From contig OZ024743.1 of assembly GCA_964016885.1 (NCBI GenBank), positions 93,434,001 through 93,498,000 on the forward strand: a DNA stretch of 64,000 nucleotides, written 5' to 3'. The stretch is from Eledone cirrhosa (Eukaryota). The translations under genes and the position numbers were made by a program. Within the stretch, counting starts at the first letter, position 1; each line of letters starts with the position of its first letter. The notes under the pieces were generated by a model, which worked only from the letters and a program-made list of their open reading frames with translations, was not told the DNA's origin and did not search any database. Below, one piece after another: positions 26,780-38,915 of the stretch.

Positions 26780-27965
26780 GGCAGCACACACATCTAGGAC
26801 CACATACAACAAAAGGCAGGAGAAAGGGGTAGAAAACCAGGCCTCTACCAGAGCAAAAGATAACAGTATCGCGATGAGCACTGGGAAACCTCTCTAATAA
26901 TTCTTTAGGCAAGCCAGCACGCTCGTAGCGTCACCTCGGGTGAAGACGAGTCTGATGCGCTGGAACAGCCAAGCGCCCTCACGAGCATTACCAGTTAAGC
27001 CGCCAGTGAAGATAAGAATCTCGTAGTCAGTAGCCCGACTCCCCCAAACGTATTTATATATTCATACATATAAATGTATGCACATACACACACATATAAA
27101 CATTGCATCAGTGCGTTGAAAAAAATTCTAGTATACAGAAAAGACAACTCCATTCACTCGCAACAGATAGTCAATCATACATATAGACATAATCATAACA
27201 CAACACACGATAACAACATTAACTGTAGGATTCCAGCTTACTGCCCTATGCAAAATAAATGACTATTTAGAATAGTTTCTAATTTAGACAGCTTTCATGA
27301 GGAGGTAAAGTCTGTTATTTTAGATAATTGTTTCTACTTTTTTGGCACAAGGCCAGCAAGTACCCAGTACATTACTGGTACTTTATTTTATCGACCCCGT
27401 AAGGATGAAAGGCAAAGTGAACCTCGGCGGGATTTGAACTCAGACCGTAAAGGGACGTAACTATGCTGGAAAGCATGGCGTCCGACTCTCTACCGATACT
27501 GCCAATCCACCGCCCTGTTTTGGATAATATTCGATAATGTACTTTTGTTCACAATGAGTGGAAGACACGAGAAGATCAACATTGAATAATGAAACTAGTT
27601 CGGCTGCAGAAGCTGAAGCTCTCGTCCTAACCGCAGCATCCAGGATATGGGAAAAAGCAACAGTCATTGTGACGTCCCAGGTAAGACACCTACCTCTTAA
27701 CCAGGGGCCTAGAGTAAGACCATCAGGTCTTTTCCCATCAATTCTGGACAACCCAGACGGTTCCAAAATCGAGGGGATGTTTGCCCGGCCCAAAGCTTTC
27801 TTGGTGATGAGGTTTAGCTCAATGTGACGCCCGAAGCGACCGGCATTCAGGCGACAAGATAGATCGTGGAGTGGAGGATCTTGCCACACCGACATTTCAG
27901 ACCCGTACATACGTTGGCTCCCACTCTGAGGGCAATGGAGACACGAAGCTCGCCCAAGCTGAGTA
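26780..27965 (-). mobile_element. Second CRE-like RLE fragment, split by later insertions
   Basis: CRCG..RH..LN..IPSILEPSGL..DGKRPDGLT..PW..GRCLTWDVT at 27600-27960; C-terminus AREGAWLFQRIRLVFTRGDA at ~26900-27000. Confidence 0.78.
27325..27514 (-). mobile_element. SINE family A (within CRE-like remnant)
   Basis: Reverse complement of the family A consensus. Confidence 0.85.
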
Positions 27966-30697
27966 GGACATCAACCCAGTCACCTGAGTATTTTATGACC
28001 TCGGAAAGATGGAAGGCCAAGATGATGTCTGTGGAACTTGAACTTAGTATGTAAAGAGTCAAAACCTACGTAATTAAACAGAGACGGGATACAAACCTGC
28101 TCCTGAAATAATGAGCGTTGGCATGATTGAAACAACCCTTGCCACGTCGGGCTCAAAACATTAGCTTTGAGGCAACATAAGACTCATAGGGAAAAATGCG
28201 ATGAGTTCCATTGTATTTGTGATATTATGCGAAAGAGGGGGTGAGATTTGCAAGTCATTGTCATCGCACCTCAAATACAACTATGTTTTCTTTGATGCTT
28301 TGAAAACCAACATCTATCAAAAGCCCAAACTGTCGCAAGCTCCCTTATCGAGATGTCAGCCAGAGATTCTGGTATCGATGTTCGTGATCTAGTAAGCGAC
28401 AAACCTATACGGAAATCAGTCGTTGAGTCAATTTCGGCTGAGGTTGCAAGATGATGATGAAAGAATCCAGTACTTCCCATCCATTGAAATTCGTAATGGT
28501 ACTGAGTTTCGAATAAAACATTTTTTTTTAAAACAAGACCCAGATACTCTATTACCTCAATTCTAGGAAGACATTGTGTAGCAAATCACTTATATTAAAA
28601 ATGGAAAACTACTTTCGCGGTGTGAGAACGATATGAAATCTATACTAACAGATATGATTTAGCTGTTTATTTAATTTAATACAGAAGGACGGCAAGTCTA
28701 TAGTTATCATCATTATTAACGGTATGGGCATACAATATCTCTTTGTACGCTTTCATTTGACTCTATCTGACTAGTTTGGGCTTTATGTTTCATTCACTTC
28801 AAAGACCATTGTTCGAACAAGTTTATTTTTCTTTCTCAGTGGTTACTTTAGTGCCCAATTATGTATCGCTTTGATTTCAGTCGAAAAACCTTTTGTTGTT
28901 GGAGTGTACACATTTTATGTCGATTTCCATGTTACTTCAGTCTAAAGACTTACATATGTCATATATTGCAGTCGCGTCTTATACTTCAATCCCAAGTAGC
29001 TAATAAATCCTGATAGTTACTGGTGCACTGAAGCGAACAATGTGTTGACAGCTGGGGAATGGAATATTTTCGTTTGTCTATTTTGCTCCGATTTTCCAAT
29101 GTATTTTTCAACATGTTCTCCTAATTTTCAATTTCCTCTCTCCCTATACCCCTTCTCTCTGTCTATCTTACACTTTCTATTCCATGCTTGATTGGTTGAA
29201 CTAATTAAGCAGGGCAAATTATGAGGTTGTACATTACATTAGCGAGAGGGGGCTACAGTTATTTCGAAAGGATGATAGAAAGGGAGGTTTTTCATTACAT
29301 TAAGATTGTCCATTCTACTAAATGCTTGGATAATCTCACGTGATCGAAAATTTTCAACCCATTATATCGCATGAGATGCAACGGTATTTGTATATAGGAT
29401 GGAGCTCGCTTCCCTGGGGTATTTTTTACCACAGCGATACTGGTATTATATAGACTATACTTAATGTATCAAATTAAATGTTTATCTATAAGCACTTGGC
29501 GAATACGTGGAAAATGGTTTGGGAAATGTTTTCTATTACACCCGTCAGGTTTGGAGGTGAACATTAATTGGGGAAATGGACACCCTCGGATTTCTCGGGT
29601 TTGGAATTAACTAAAAAAAAATAAAAAAAAAATACAAATAATTTCTGACGGTTTTGAAAGCAATATTCCTCCAAAACACCTAAAAAAAAACCTACAGGAA
29701 AAACAGATTTCAGCTCTAAAACAAGACCAGTGTAATATCTAACAAGTAGTTCTTTGATTTGGAAGTGAATATTACACACGTTCCACTATGGGGGTGAAAT
29801 TTATGTTTTTCTTATGATTTTTTATGTGTTTTGAAGAAATATGATTTTCAAGACAATCGAAAATTATTATTTTTTTAAAAAGTTAACAGAGGTGGTGCAC
29901 CCCTGGAGTACCTTGTTTTGGAGGTGAATATTATACACGTCTCGCGTTGATGGTGAAATCTATGTTTTATGCTTTTTTAATGCTTTGAACAAATATGGCC
30001 TTCAAAACAATCGGAAATTATTCGTTTGTTTTTATTTATTAAAAAAACAAACAATTTAGTTAACAAAGGGAGGGGCGCCGTGTGCTCTACTTCTCCGGGA
30101 GCAGTGGAAAATGTTTAAAGAGCACGCCCTGAAAGTATAATGAATGTTATGTCATTTATACCTTTCCTGATGGCAAATAATGAATTTGCATTGTTTAAAT
30201 ATAAGTATATAAAAGACCTTTAAAGGAAGATTTTATGTCTCTTTAGATCAACACTTCCCAAACAATTTTTGTCAGCCCCACGTTAAAAGCTGACATCACC
30301 CTACACGTCGTACATATTCCAATTTTGGAGTGAGATCAGGAGATCAACTGTTTAACGCCATATACATAACTTTTTTTTAAATCTCATCATGTATCCCAGT
30401 CATTCATTCGTGGAATTTAGTTCCACACCCCTTCCTCTTAGTCAACTCCATTGTGAATTAAATGGCCGTTGGCGTGGTTTATAAGATTGCCCGGTGACAA
30501 ATGCCAAAAGGTGATTCACTTTAGTTATTATCCCTGACCTTTTGTTTCTTGTCTTTCTTTATATATATATATGTATATATATATACATATATATATACAT
30601 ATATATACACATAGATAGATAGATAAAGAGAGAGACAGATAGAGAGAATATAACAAACAAACGTGTCACAGAGTTATCTCCTCTTTCATAGAAAGCC

Positions 30698-30888
30698 ATG
30701 GCTGCCGTGCGGGCCAGCGGCAGACGTAGCATCAATAAAAATGCACTTGCCAAAGAAGAAAAAGAACATTTTCGAGCTATTAACGAGCAGCCCGTAGATG
30801 ATATAACATTGGAATTTTTCTACCAGCCTCACACGATTAGCCTGCTTACATTGTGCATCATTGGTCTACTTTACGTGGCTTTCATGAG
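30698..30888 (+). CDS. PTDSS1: Phosphatidylserine synthase 1, first coding exon (phase-2 intron follows; remainder not found in window)
   Basis: Translation ...[42 protein letters not shown] matches the conserved PTDSS1 N-terminal motif (HFRxINEQxVxDITxxFFYxPHTITLL). Kozak context GCCATGG; canonical donor AG|GTGAGT at 30888/30889. Confidence 0.93.
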
Positions 30889-33811
30889 GTGAGTCTAAAT
30901 CTTCGTATGCCGGTCCCTTTAAACTACATCTTTCTAACACGGAATTCTGAAGGCGATTATTTTTTTTTTCTTTTAATCTTATATTGATTGTTTTGTTTCT
31001 ACTCTAAAAATATCAACTTAACGTTATTCCGAAATTTATCTTCTGATGTCTAGTAAATTAAGTTCTGATTTATTAGAATACCTTAGAAATTTTTTTTCGA
31101 AATAAATATATAACACATCTTTGTGAATATTCTTCTATTTGGAGTATTTATTTATATATCTTAAGAAGGAATACTCCTTTGTGATGCTTTTTTTTAAATA
31201 GTAACCGTGCTATCTTTTCGAAGTGACCTCATCGTATAATGTAGTTCAGCTAATAACAGCTCTTTCACGTGTAGAACGATAGACATTCTCTCCTCATCAT
31301 GACGCCATCAATCACCCCATAAAATGTGTATTCTTTCTCTCGCGCGCATAAATGTCCCGTTTTATTAATTGACTTCTCCATTATAACCAAATACCGTGTC
31401 TTAGTGGCAAACTGAAATTTAATCCATGCTTACAAAGATCATTATTTTCTACATCACTGTTGCTTTCCCATTCATAATTAGTTTATTTATTAAACATCCT
31501 AAATCTAAAGTATGTGAATGCAAAATAGATAATCGATAAGACCCATAAGTTTAAAAGGCATATATCAAGTGTCTGCTGACTTTAGAGTGGAAAATAACTA
31601 TAATTAACGGCCTTGATATGACCCGAACAAAATAGCCCCGGATTGAACGATGTGTTTAACATAGTTTTTGTATTAAATGCGTGCGCTTAATAAATTAATG
31701 CGATGCTATGAAAGATATAATTGAAACTCATCAGCTTATATCGATGCTGTAAACTTAGTTTTAATAGGTGATTGTTCTTATTTTTCATAAACTCAAAATG
31801 AGATTTGTTTAGAGATGTTATGTTCTTTTTCATTAACATTATTTTACCCACCGAGGTTGACTTTGCCTTTCATCCTTACTTTGTCGATAAAATAAAGTAC
31901 CAGTAATGTATTGAGTAATTGCTGCCCTTGTGCCTAAAGTAGAAACAATTATTTTAATAAATTCTAATTAATGATTTTAGGAAGGAAATATGAGTGTGTG
32001 GATAAGGGTTCATTGTTGAATCCTGTGACACTTTCGTTTTTACATATTACAATTATTCTTAACACTGGAGATGTTTCCATATAAATTTTAAGTGCAACAT
32101 GATAATTATGAAAGGAACTCACACACACACATATACGAGAGAGAATGGTTTTCCGTAGAGTAACGGAAAATGACAACAGTTAAGCAAGTACTCAATACAT
32201 TAAGTATGTAGAGTACATAATTTATTTCGAATGGAAATTACTTCTGCATTTTTAGTACTGTTTTATTCAGTTGAAATCACCAGCAAAGTTAGATTCGTTT
32301 ATTTCGTGTTTTTATATATAATATATATATATATTTACCAAAATTATCTGACTTTCCTGGTGATTTCAATCGAATGTAAAAGTGCTTGTTTCATAGAAGT
32401 AATTTCCATCCAAAATAAATTGTAGTCTTGACACACGCAAGATGGCCCTGTGATAAACAGGTGAAATATATAAATATTTCACCTTTTTATCACAGGGTCA
32501 TCAGACAAGATGACCCTGTGATAAAACAGGCGAAATTCCAGAGTAACAATAGCCTTAGTAAAATGAATATATATATTTGAACAAGACAGTCGTCCATACA
32601 TTGAGTGTGACGACCTGTCGCAGTTATGCAAGCATGACAAATAACGGTGATGCGTGTTGTCTTTTACATATGAATATACATAAACACATGCATACAAATA
32701 CCAATCCTCTCCTTCTAAATTTTTAACACTAGATTGTGGCCGTGTATGGTTCTAGATTTGAAATTTTTGTGTATAGATCTGGAAACATGATTGCTATAAT
32801 GCTGGAAAACTAATATATTTTCTTTTTTATATATTTAAAACATCAATCACTTTATTTTCTTTGTATGCGGAAAAACTTTCCGCATAAAAAATATTTTAAA
32901 ATGCTTATTACTTATGTTCAACTTATGTTATCTTGTATAAAACAAGTTAAAAATTCATGTTAATTGTAAATGTTCTCCTTTTTTTTTCCTTTCCTCGTGA
33001 TTTATTCTTTTTTGTGAATTTGAACTATTTTGAATATATCTTCAAGCATTTCACGTGTCTTTCTATAATCATACATAAAATTAAATTAAAGATAGAAAGG
33101 ATTAAAAAATTTTTTTTTTTCAAATTGTCTGATTTAATGTTTATAAACCTGAACAATACCAAGTACTTCGTGTAAACATACTTAAGAATTTGTTTTTCAA
33201 TTCCTACGTATCTTCGTAAGTACTTCAGTTAAAATAGAACATGCGATACATATAACCTCTAAGATTGTGGTGCCCCTTCGACCTTAACGAGATTTCAAGG
33301 GCTCTTTAACATTATACACATTTAGGAAATTGGTATGCTCGAAACTTTAAACCATCACTCCAGATATAGATAGAACTGGTATTAGAGAAGGGTTATAAAT
33401 AATGAAGTAGATAGAAAACATAACATAGTGGTCTACCCCTACCCACGATGGCAATGTTACATTAGGTAAATAACAGCTTGTCTTTTATATTAAAGAAAAT
33501 TGTTACAATTTGACGTGTATTGATCGATTGACTATTGATTACATCCTGTATTTCTTTCTAAGATTTCGGCATTGTATCGTCTCTCAATTAGTCACCATTC
33601 TATAAAACTGATATTTGTCTTCAAATTTTCAGAACAGGAGGTAGTGATGTTTATGCTCTTCTCGAACGCATTAGCAACGTGTAAACATACTTCAATCGTC
33701 ACTCAAAATCTGATTCGGGCACTTCTCCCGGCTCTACTCTATGGGCGTCTGTAAAATATTGCCATTTTTATGGCATTAGTGGTATCCTCATGAAAACAAA
33801 TTAAGGAAGAA

Positions 33812-34190
33812 TTGGCGATCCTTGAGTATAATAACATCACATTCACTTTGTCAAACTAGCAAAGAGGCTGCGAATTTTCCCCCACCCTCTTTTAAACGCC
33901 CTATGGTCTAGGGAATATTTTGGGTTACAATTTATGTTGCTATTCTTGCTATTTTTTGTCCTGAATTATTTTTTTTGTAACGGCGCACAGAATGATTAAG
34001 ACAAAATAAACACCAGCAGCAATAACACGGAAAGGAAAATGTTTTAATTACAACACAAAATATTCCTCATGACTAACAAACTGGCCGCGGCACGTCTAAA
34101 AGAACGATTTATCTGCGACTACGAAACAAACTGGTACAAGGTACAGATTGACAAAGTGAAAGTGGTGCATTCTATCCAGGGATCGACCAA
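33812..34190. mobile_element. Unclassified TIR element
   Basis: ~40-bp imperfect inverted repeats (CGATCC..TTCACTTTGTCAA / TTGACAAAGTGAA..GGATCG). Confidence 0.55.
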
Positions 34191-36135
34191 GTTTAATTAG
34201 ATAATGTAGCTATATAGTTTCTAGACATCCTGTTAATTTAATTACATTTCGAAAATCAAAACTGAAATTAAACTAGAAAAATTGTGTGTGATAAAAATAT
34301 ATATAAACCTAATTTCATTATATATGTTTCTCATTAAGTCGGTGGGGGTGGGCTTGCAGTAATCTGTACAGATATGGATAGCATTGCGGTATTTAGTTAC
34401 GGCTCTTTGCGCTCTGAGTTCAAGGAAATCATCAGGCTTTCTTGGTGAGTTCCTTTGAATAAAACAGTTCTAGTCCTGTAGAAACCATTTTTTTTAAATA
34501 TTACATTTGATGTTTACACTCTACTAATGTATTGAGTACCTTACTTACTGTGGTCACTCCGATTAAACCTGGGATTCACATATCGCACACACACATATAT
34601 GTATACAAATACCCAGCCTACATTGTAAAGTGGTTGTGTTGGTGTCACTACAAAAAAGCATCCAATCCACACTGTAAAGTAGTTGTGTTAGTGACATGAC
34701 AATAAGCACCCAGTACTCACTGTAAATGAGGTTGGCATTAGGAAGGGCATCCAGCTGTCGAAACCAAGCCAAAATCAGTTCTGTACATGCAAGACATGGT
34801 CACCTGACCTAGCATTACCCACAACAGGACAACTCATCTAACCCATGCTAGTGTGGAAAAATGGGCGTAAAATGGTGATGATGATGACACACACATCACT
34901 ATCTGATTCATCTCTGAGCTGTAATTTATTTTTTATCCTCTAGCAGGAAGTGAAAAAGAAGATAGATAAAATCAATTCTAATTAATAATAATGATGAACC
35001 AACACAAAAGAATATTGGCTGGACATATGTCCTTTATCAAGTGTTAATTATAGAACCTACCTGCTGTCAGAATGGCAAGTAGTTAAGATAAAGGCAGTAA
35101 TTACTTCATAAGACTGGTAGATATATCAGGTGGTGACATGATCTGGCTACCACTACTAGTAAACTAGCTTTTAATTAGTGGTGTTTAATATATGTAAAAA
35201 TCTAGATGTTAAAATGGAAAATAAGATGAAAACCTACTTGGGGTAGAGCTGTTCAAATGATAACCTTAGGCCCATAATAGACAAATGAAATGGCTAACTG
35301 GTAGATATTAGTCTAATACATATATTATTGTTCAGTCAGGGAGAGAAGGGCAGTACCTATGACCCTTTTTTTCTGAGTCTCCGATACTGGGGAGAGGAAG
35401 AGATGTGCCCTCAAACTGAAGGTCTAATTGAAATGCAACAGAGTGGTCTCTGCTAAAGGTTCATATGTGGTGGTGGTGGTGTTAAACTGGCTGATGTATT
35501 AAGTCTACCACCCTGATAGACCACAGCAGGATTTGAACTTGGAACAGAAAGAGCCTGAACAAATACCCTAATATTAATCCTGAAAAGATGAAAGTCAAAG
35601 ATCATCTCGGTATGTATAGGGCTGGAACAAATACTTCAAACTGTTCTGTCCAATTATCAAGACATTCTTGAAAAATACAAAACAGCACTATAACTGCATC
35701 ACATTAAAAATTAGTCTTTATTTTTTTTTTTTTTTTACTACAAATTTTTACGATTTATCCACTAGTAAATATGCACTAAACATTTAAATTAAGATACCTG
35801 TTTTTAGATGATTTCTACTAAATCATTACAGGAAGTTAAGTGTTAATTACTGCTAATTTTCTGCCTTATGGAAGTAAAAATGATGATATTAAAATTGAAA
35901 TCTTAAATTTCATGACTAAGTTTCACATTTTCAAATGAAATTTGAGAAATGAAACAATCAAATATCAATGTTCAAGCATTTAATTGGATTCATGTGCAAA
36001 GATAAAATTAAATAAATAAAAAATAAAATGTCAGCATAATTCAATGTTAACTGTAGTGGTATTTGGTTAAAACCAACCATGACAAATGTGTTCTGTGATG
36101 GTATTTCACTTGTTTGATAAATGTTTTTTTACATT

Positions 36136-36340
36136 TACTCTTTAGCATTTACATTATTCTATATTTACTATTGTATTTTCACGGTAAAGGCCTTTATCTT
36201 ACATAATATCGAATCTACAAGATTTTGATGTCATTTATTTTGGGAATAATACCTTAACATAGGTATGAGCGGCCATTTACAGCCGGTTTGAACAGAAAGA
36301 GATGAGAGAGATATGGCCGGTTTAAATGCTAAAGGGTTAA
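36136..36340 (+). mobile_element. MITE P1
   Basis: Body matches other copies; ends AATGCTAAAGGGTTAA. Confidence 0.8.
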
Positions 36341-36724
36341 ATTGATTGATAGAGCTGGCAAAGTTTGCAACAAGAATATGAACTTTCAAAAATTCACAAT
36401 TAACAGTAACAGCCTATCCAGTCCTTTAGTGTGCTGTGCCTAAGTAAATTAAATGATGGTTCTCAACCCAAATCCTACAGCAATGTGATGGCAAAGGAAC
36501 TTTAGACAATGTTACATTCCTTAGTCAACCTAAACAGGAAAATTTTAACTGGTCTTCCCAGCTATATTTGGAGATGAAAGGAAATATGCAACAAGACCGT
36601 TAATGTGTTGATTTAATCCTTCTTGTATGTACCTGTTTACAAGCATGTTAACAACAAAAATAAACTTAGTTGTCAGCTTTGCTTAACTAAAAATATTTTA
36701 GAATTATCACAAGACAAAAACAGA

Positions 36725-37012
36725 TTAACCCTTTCATTATCATATTTCTAGTGAAAGACACTACTTATGTATTTAACCCTTTCATTGCCATATTTCTAAT
36801 GAAAGACACTACCTGTGTCTTTAACCCTTTCATTACCATTTTTCTAATGAAAGACACTACCTATGTATTTAACCCTTTCATTACTATATATCTAATGAAA
36901 GACACTACCTGTGTCTTTAACCCTTTCATTAAATTTTTTTATATGAAAGACACTACCTATGTATTTAACCCTTTCATTACCATATTTCTAATGAAAGACT
37001 CTGCCTGTGGTT
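36725..37012 (+). repeat. Six-unit 48-bp tandem array made of the left end of MITE family P2
   Basis: Units start TTAACCCTTTCATT at 36725, 36773, 36821, 36869, 36917 and 36965; the last unit continues into the P2 body. Other P2 copies: ~15580-15770 minus, 50700-50937, 62415-62650. Confidence 0.9.
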
Positions 37013-37833
37013 TTCAAATAATTTTGAAAATAAAGAGTTTGGATGGATTTAGTAATATAACTCATTTTCTTATTTAGTGGATTGGCATAATTGTTAGAGC
37101 ATCATAAAATGTTTTGCAGTATTTAGTTTGGCTTTTTACATTGAGTTCACTTATGCCTTTCATCTGTCCAGAGGTTCAGTACTGGCTTTGATTTAATTGA
37201 CTTTCACCTCCCCCATATTGCTGATCTTGTGCCTAAATTAGAAACAATTAAGCTGGTAATTGGATAATAACTGAAAGGATCTTGCATAGAATTATGATAG
37301 AATGGTTTTAGATGAATATAAACACTTCAAAATAAATCATAGAACCAAAAGTGGTTTCAGTTGTTTTAAATTCAAGAAATGGTATTCTTTTGTAATTGTT
37401 TGCTTAAAACAAGAAGCTATCTTCTAGATAATTTTAAAAAGAAACATCTACCATAGAATGTCAACATATTCGCTTTTCTATTTTCCTTTTTAATTTTGCT
37501 TTTTATCTTCTTTCTCTTCTGCTGTATCTTTCTTTTCTTGTTGCATTGAGTGTTGCAGGCTGATTATTGGATTGTTATATGAGTTTCTGAATGGAAAGAG
37601 TTATGAGAGCATATGAAGTATATATATAATATTAATTCAAAATATTAACAAAATAGATATTCTTGTGATCAATTATATTTTATTACACATATTTCAGAGG
37701 TATTACATACACCCTCTCTATTGTTTGTATTATGTTATCTCATCTTCTCAATATTAGGGTATAAATATTGAGTTTTGTCATAAGTCACTACCATGACTAA
37801 ATCTTAACCATCTAATATGTCATGTATCATTTT

Positions 37834-37898
37834 ATTTTATCTGATGAGGACGTACTGTTGAACTTAACTCAGTACCTCTGAAATATGTATAATAAAAT
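37834..37898 (+). ncRNA. Type I hammerhead ribozyme motif (within putative PTDSS1 intron, sense)
   Basis: ATTTTAT-CTGATGA-GGACGTACTG..CAGTACCTCT-GAA-ATATGTAT-A-ATAAAAT: intact core, 7-bp helix I, GTACTG/CAGTAC helix II, near-palindromic helix III. Confidence 0.78.
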
Positions 37899-38231
37899 AT
37901 AATTGATCACAAGAATATCTATTCTGTTAATATTTTGAATTAATATTAATAACTCTGGAAAACCTTTCGGTTGAGTGCTTCCAATTTATTGTAAAACTCA
38001 TTCTTTGATGTATGCATTCAACCTTGTTTAACTTTTAAATATATATATATATATATACAATATATTAACAAATGGAAACTATATTTATAAAACCATATGT
38101 GTGTAATACCTCTGAAATATAGTTTCCATTTGTTAATATATTGTATATTTACTCCAATAATTTGTTGAGTGCTTTATATCAGTTATAAAAATATTTTGCT
38201 TGTTGTATCCCAACAAATTAAATATAACCTC

Positions 38232-38274
<43 letters not shown>

Positions 38275-38507
38275 TATTACTCACATTTTCACCTTGCTAC
38301 TTTGTTTCCTTCTTCAATATTGGAGTATCTTTGTAGCATCTGAACATTATTTATTTGCTTTTCGTTTTGTTCATGCATCTAATTAAAAATGTTTCTATTT
38401 GTTTTTGTTATTTAAATAGTCTTATTAACAGTTTTGTTTCATTCTTAAAATTTTGCATGAATATCAAAGAATTGAAAATTGGATTTGTGAAATTTGAAGT
38501 TTCATCC

Positions 38508-38915
38508 TTAACCCTTTAGCATTCAAACTGGCTGCATCTGGCCAGAACTCTCTCACTTCTTTCTGTTCAAACCGGCTGTAACTGGCTGCTCACACCTACA
38601 TTAAGGTATTGTTCTCAAAATAAATAACATCAAAATCTTGTAGATTCGATTTTATGTGAGATAATTGTGTACGATAAAGCCTGTACTGTGAAAATACAAT
38701 AGTATATATAAAATAATTGTTTCTACTTTTGGCACAAGGCCAGCAATTATCCTAGTGTATTAATGGTACTTTATTTTATCGACCCCGTAAGGATAAAAGG
38801 CAAAGTTAACCTCGGCGGGATTTGAACTCAGATCATAAAGGGCCGTAACTCTTTGTTGCAAGGCATGGCGTCTGACCCTCTACCAGTACTGCCAATCCAA
38901 ATGCTAAAGGGTTAA
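38508..38915 (-). mobile_element. MITE P1 with nested SINE
   Basis: TTAACCCTTTAGCATT...AATGCTAAAGGGTTAA. Confidence 0.82.
38714..38900 (-). mobile_element. SINE family A nested in piggyBac-like MITE
   Basis: Reverse complement of the family A consensus, interrupting MITE 38508-38915. Confidence 0.85.

Noticed and set aside
28080-28480. Possible coding or transposase remnant
   Set aside because: Short ORFs with no recognisable motif.
29480-30132. ~160-bp direct repeats upstream of PTDSS1 as regulatory modules
   Set aside because: Similar sequence occurs at ~10650-10760, so more likely an old DNA-transposon remnant; boundaries not definable.
36751-37077. 108-aa repeat protein ORF (MKDTTYVFNPF..)
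   Set aside because: Artefact of a 48-bp tandem array derived from a MITE end.
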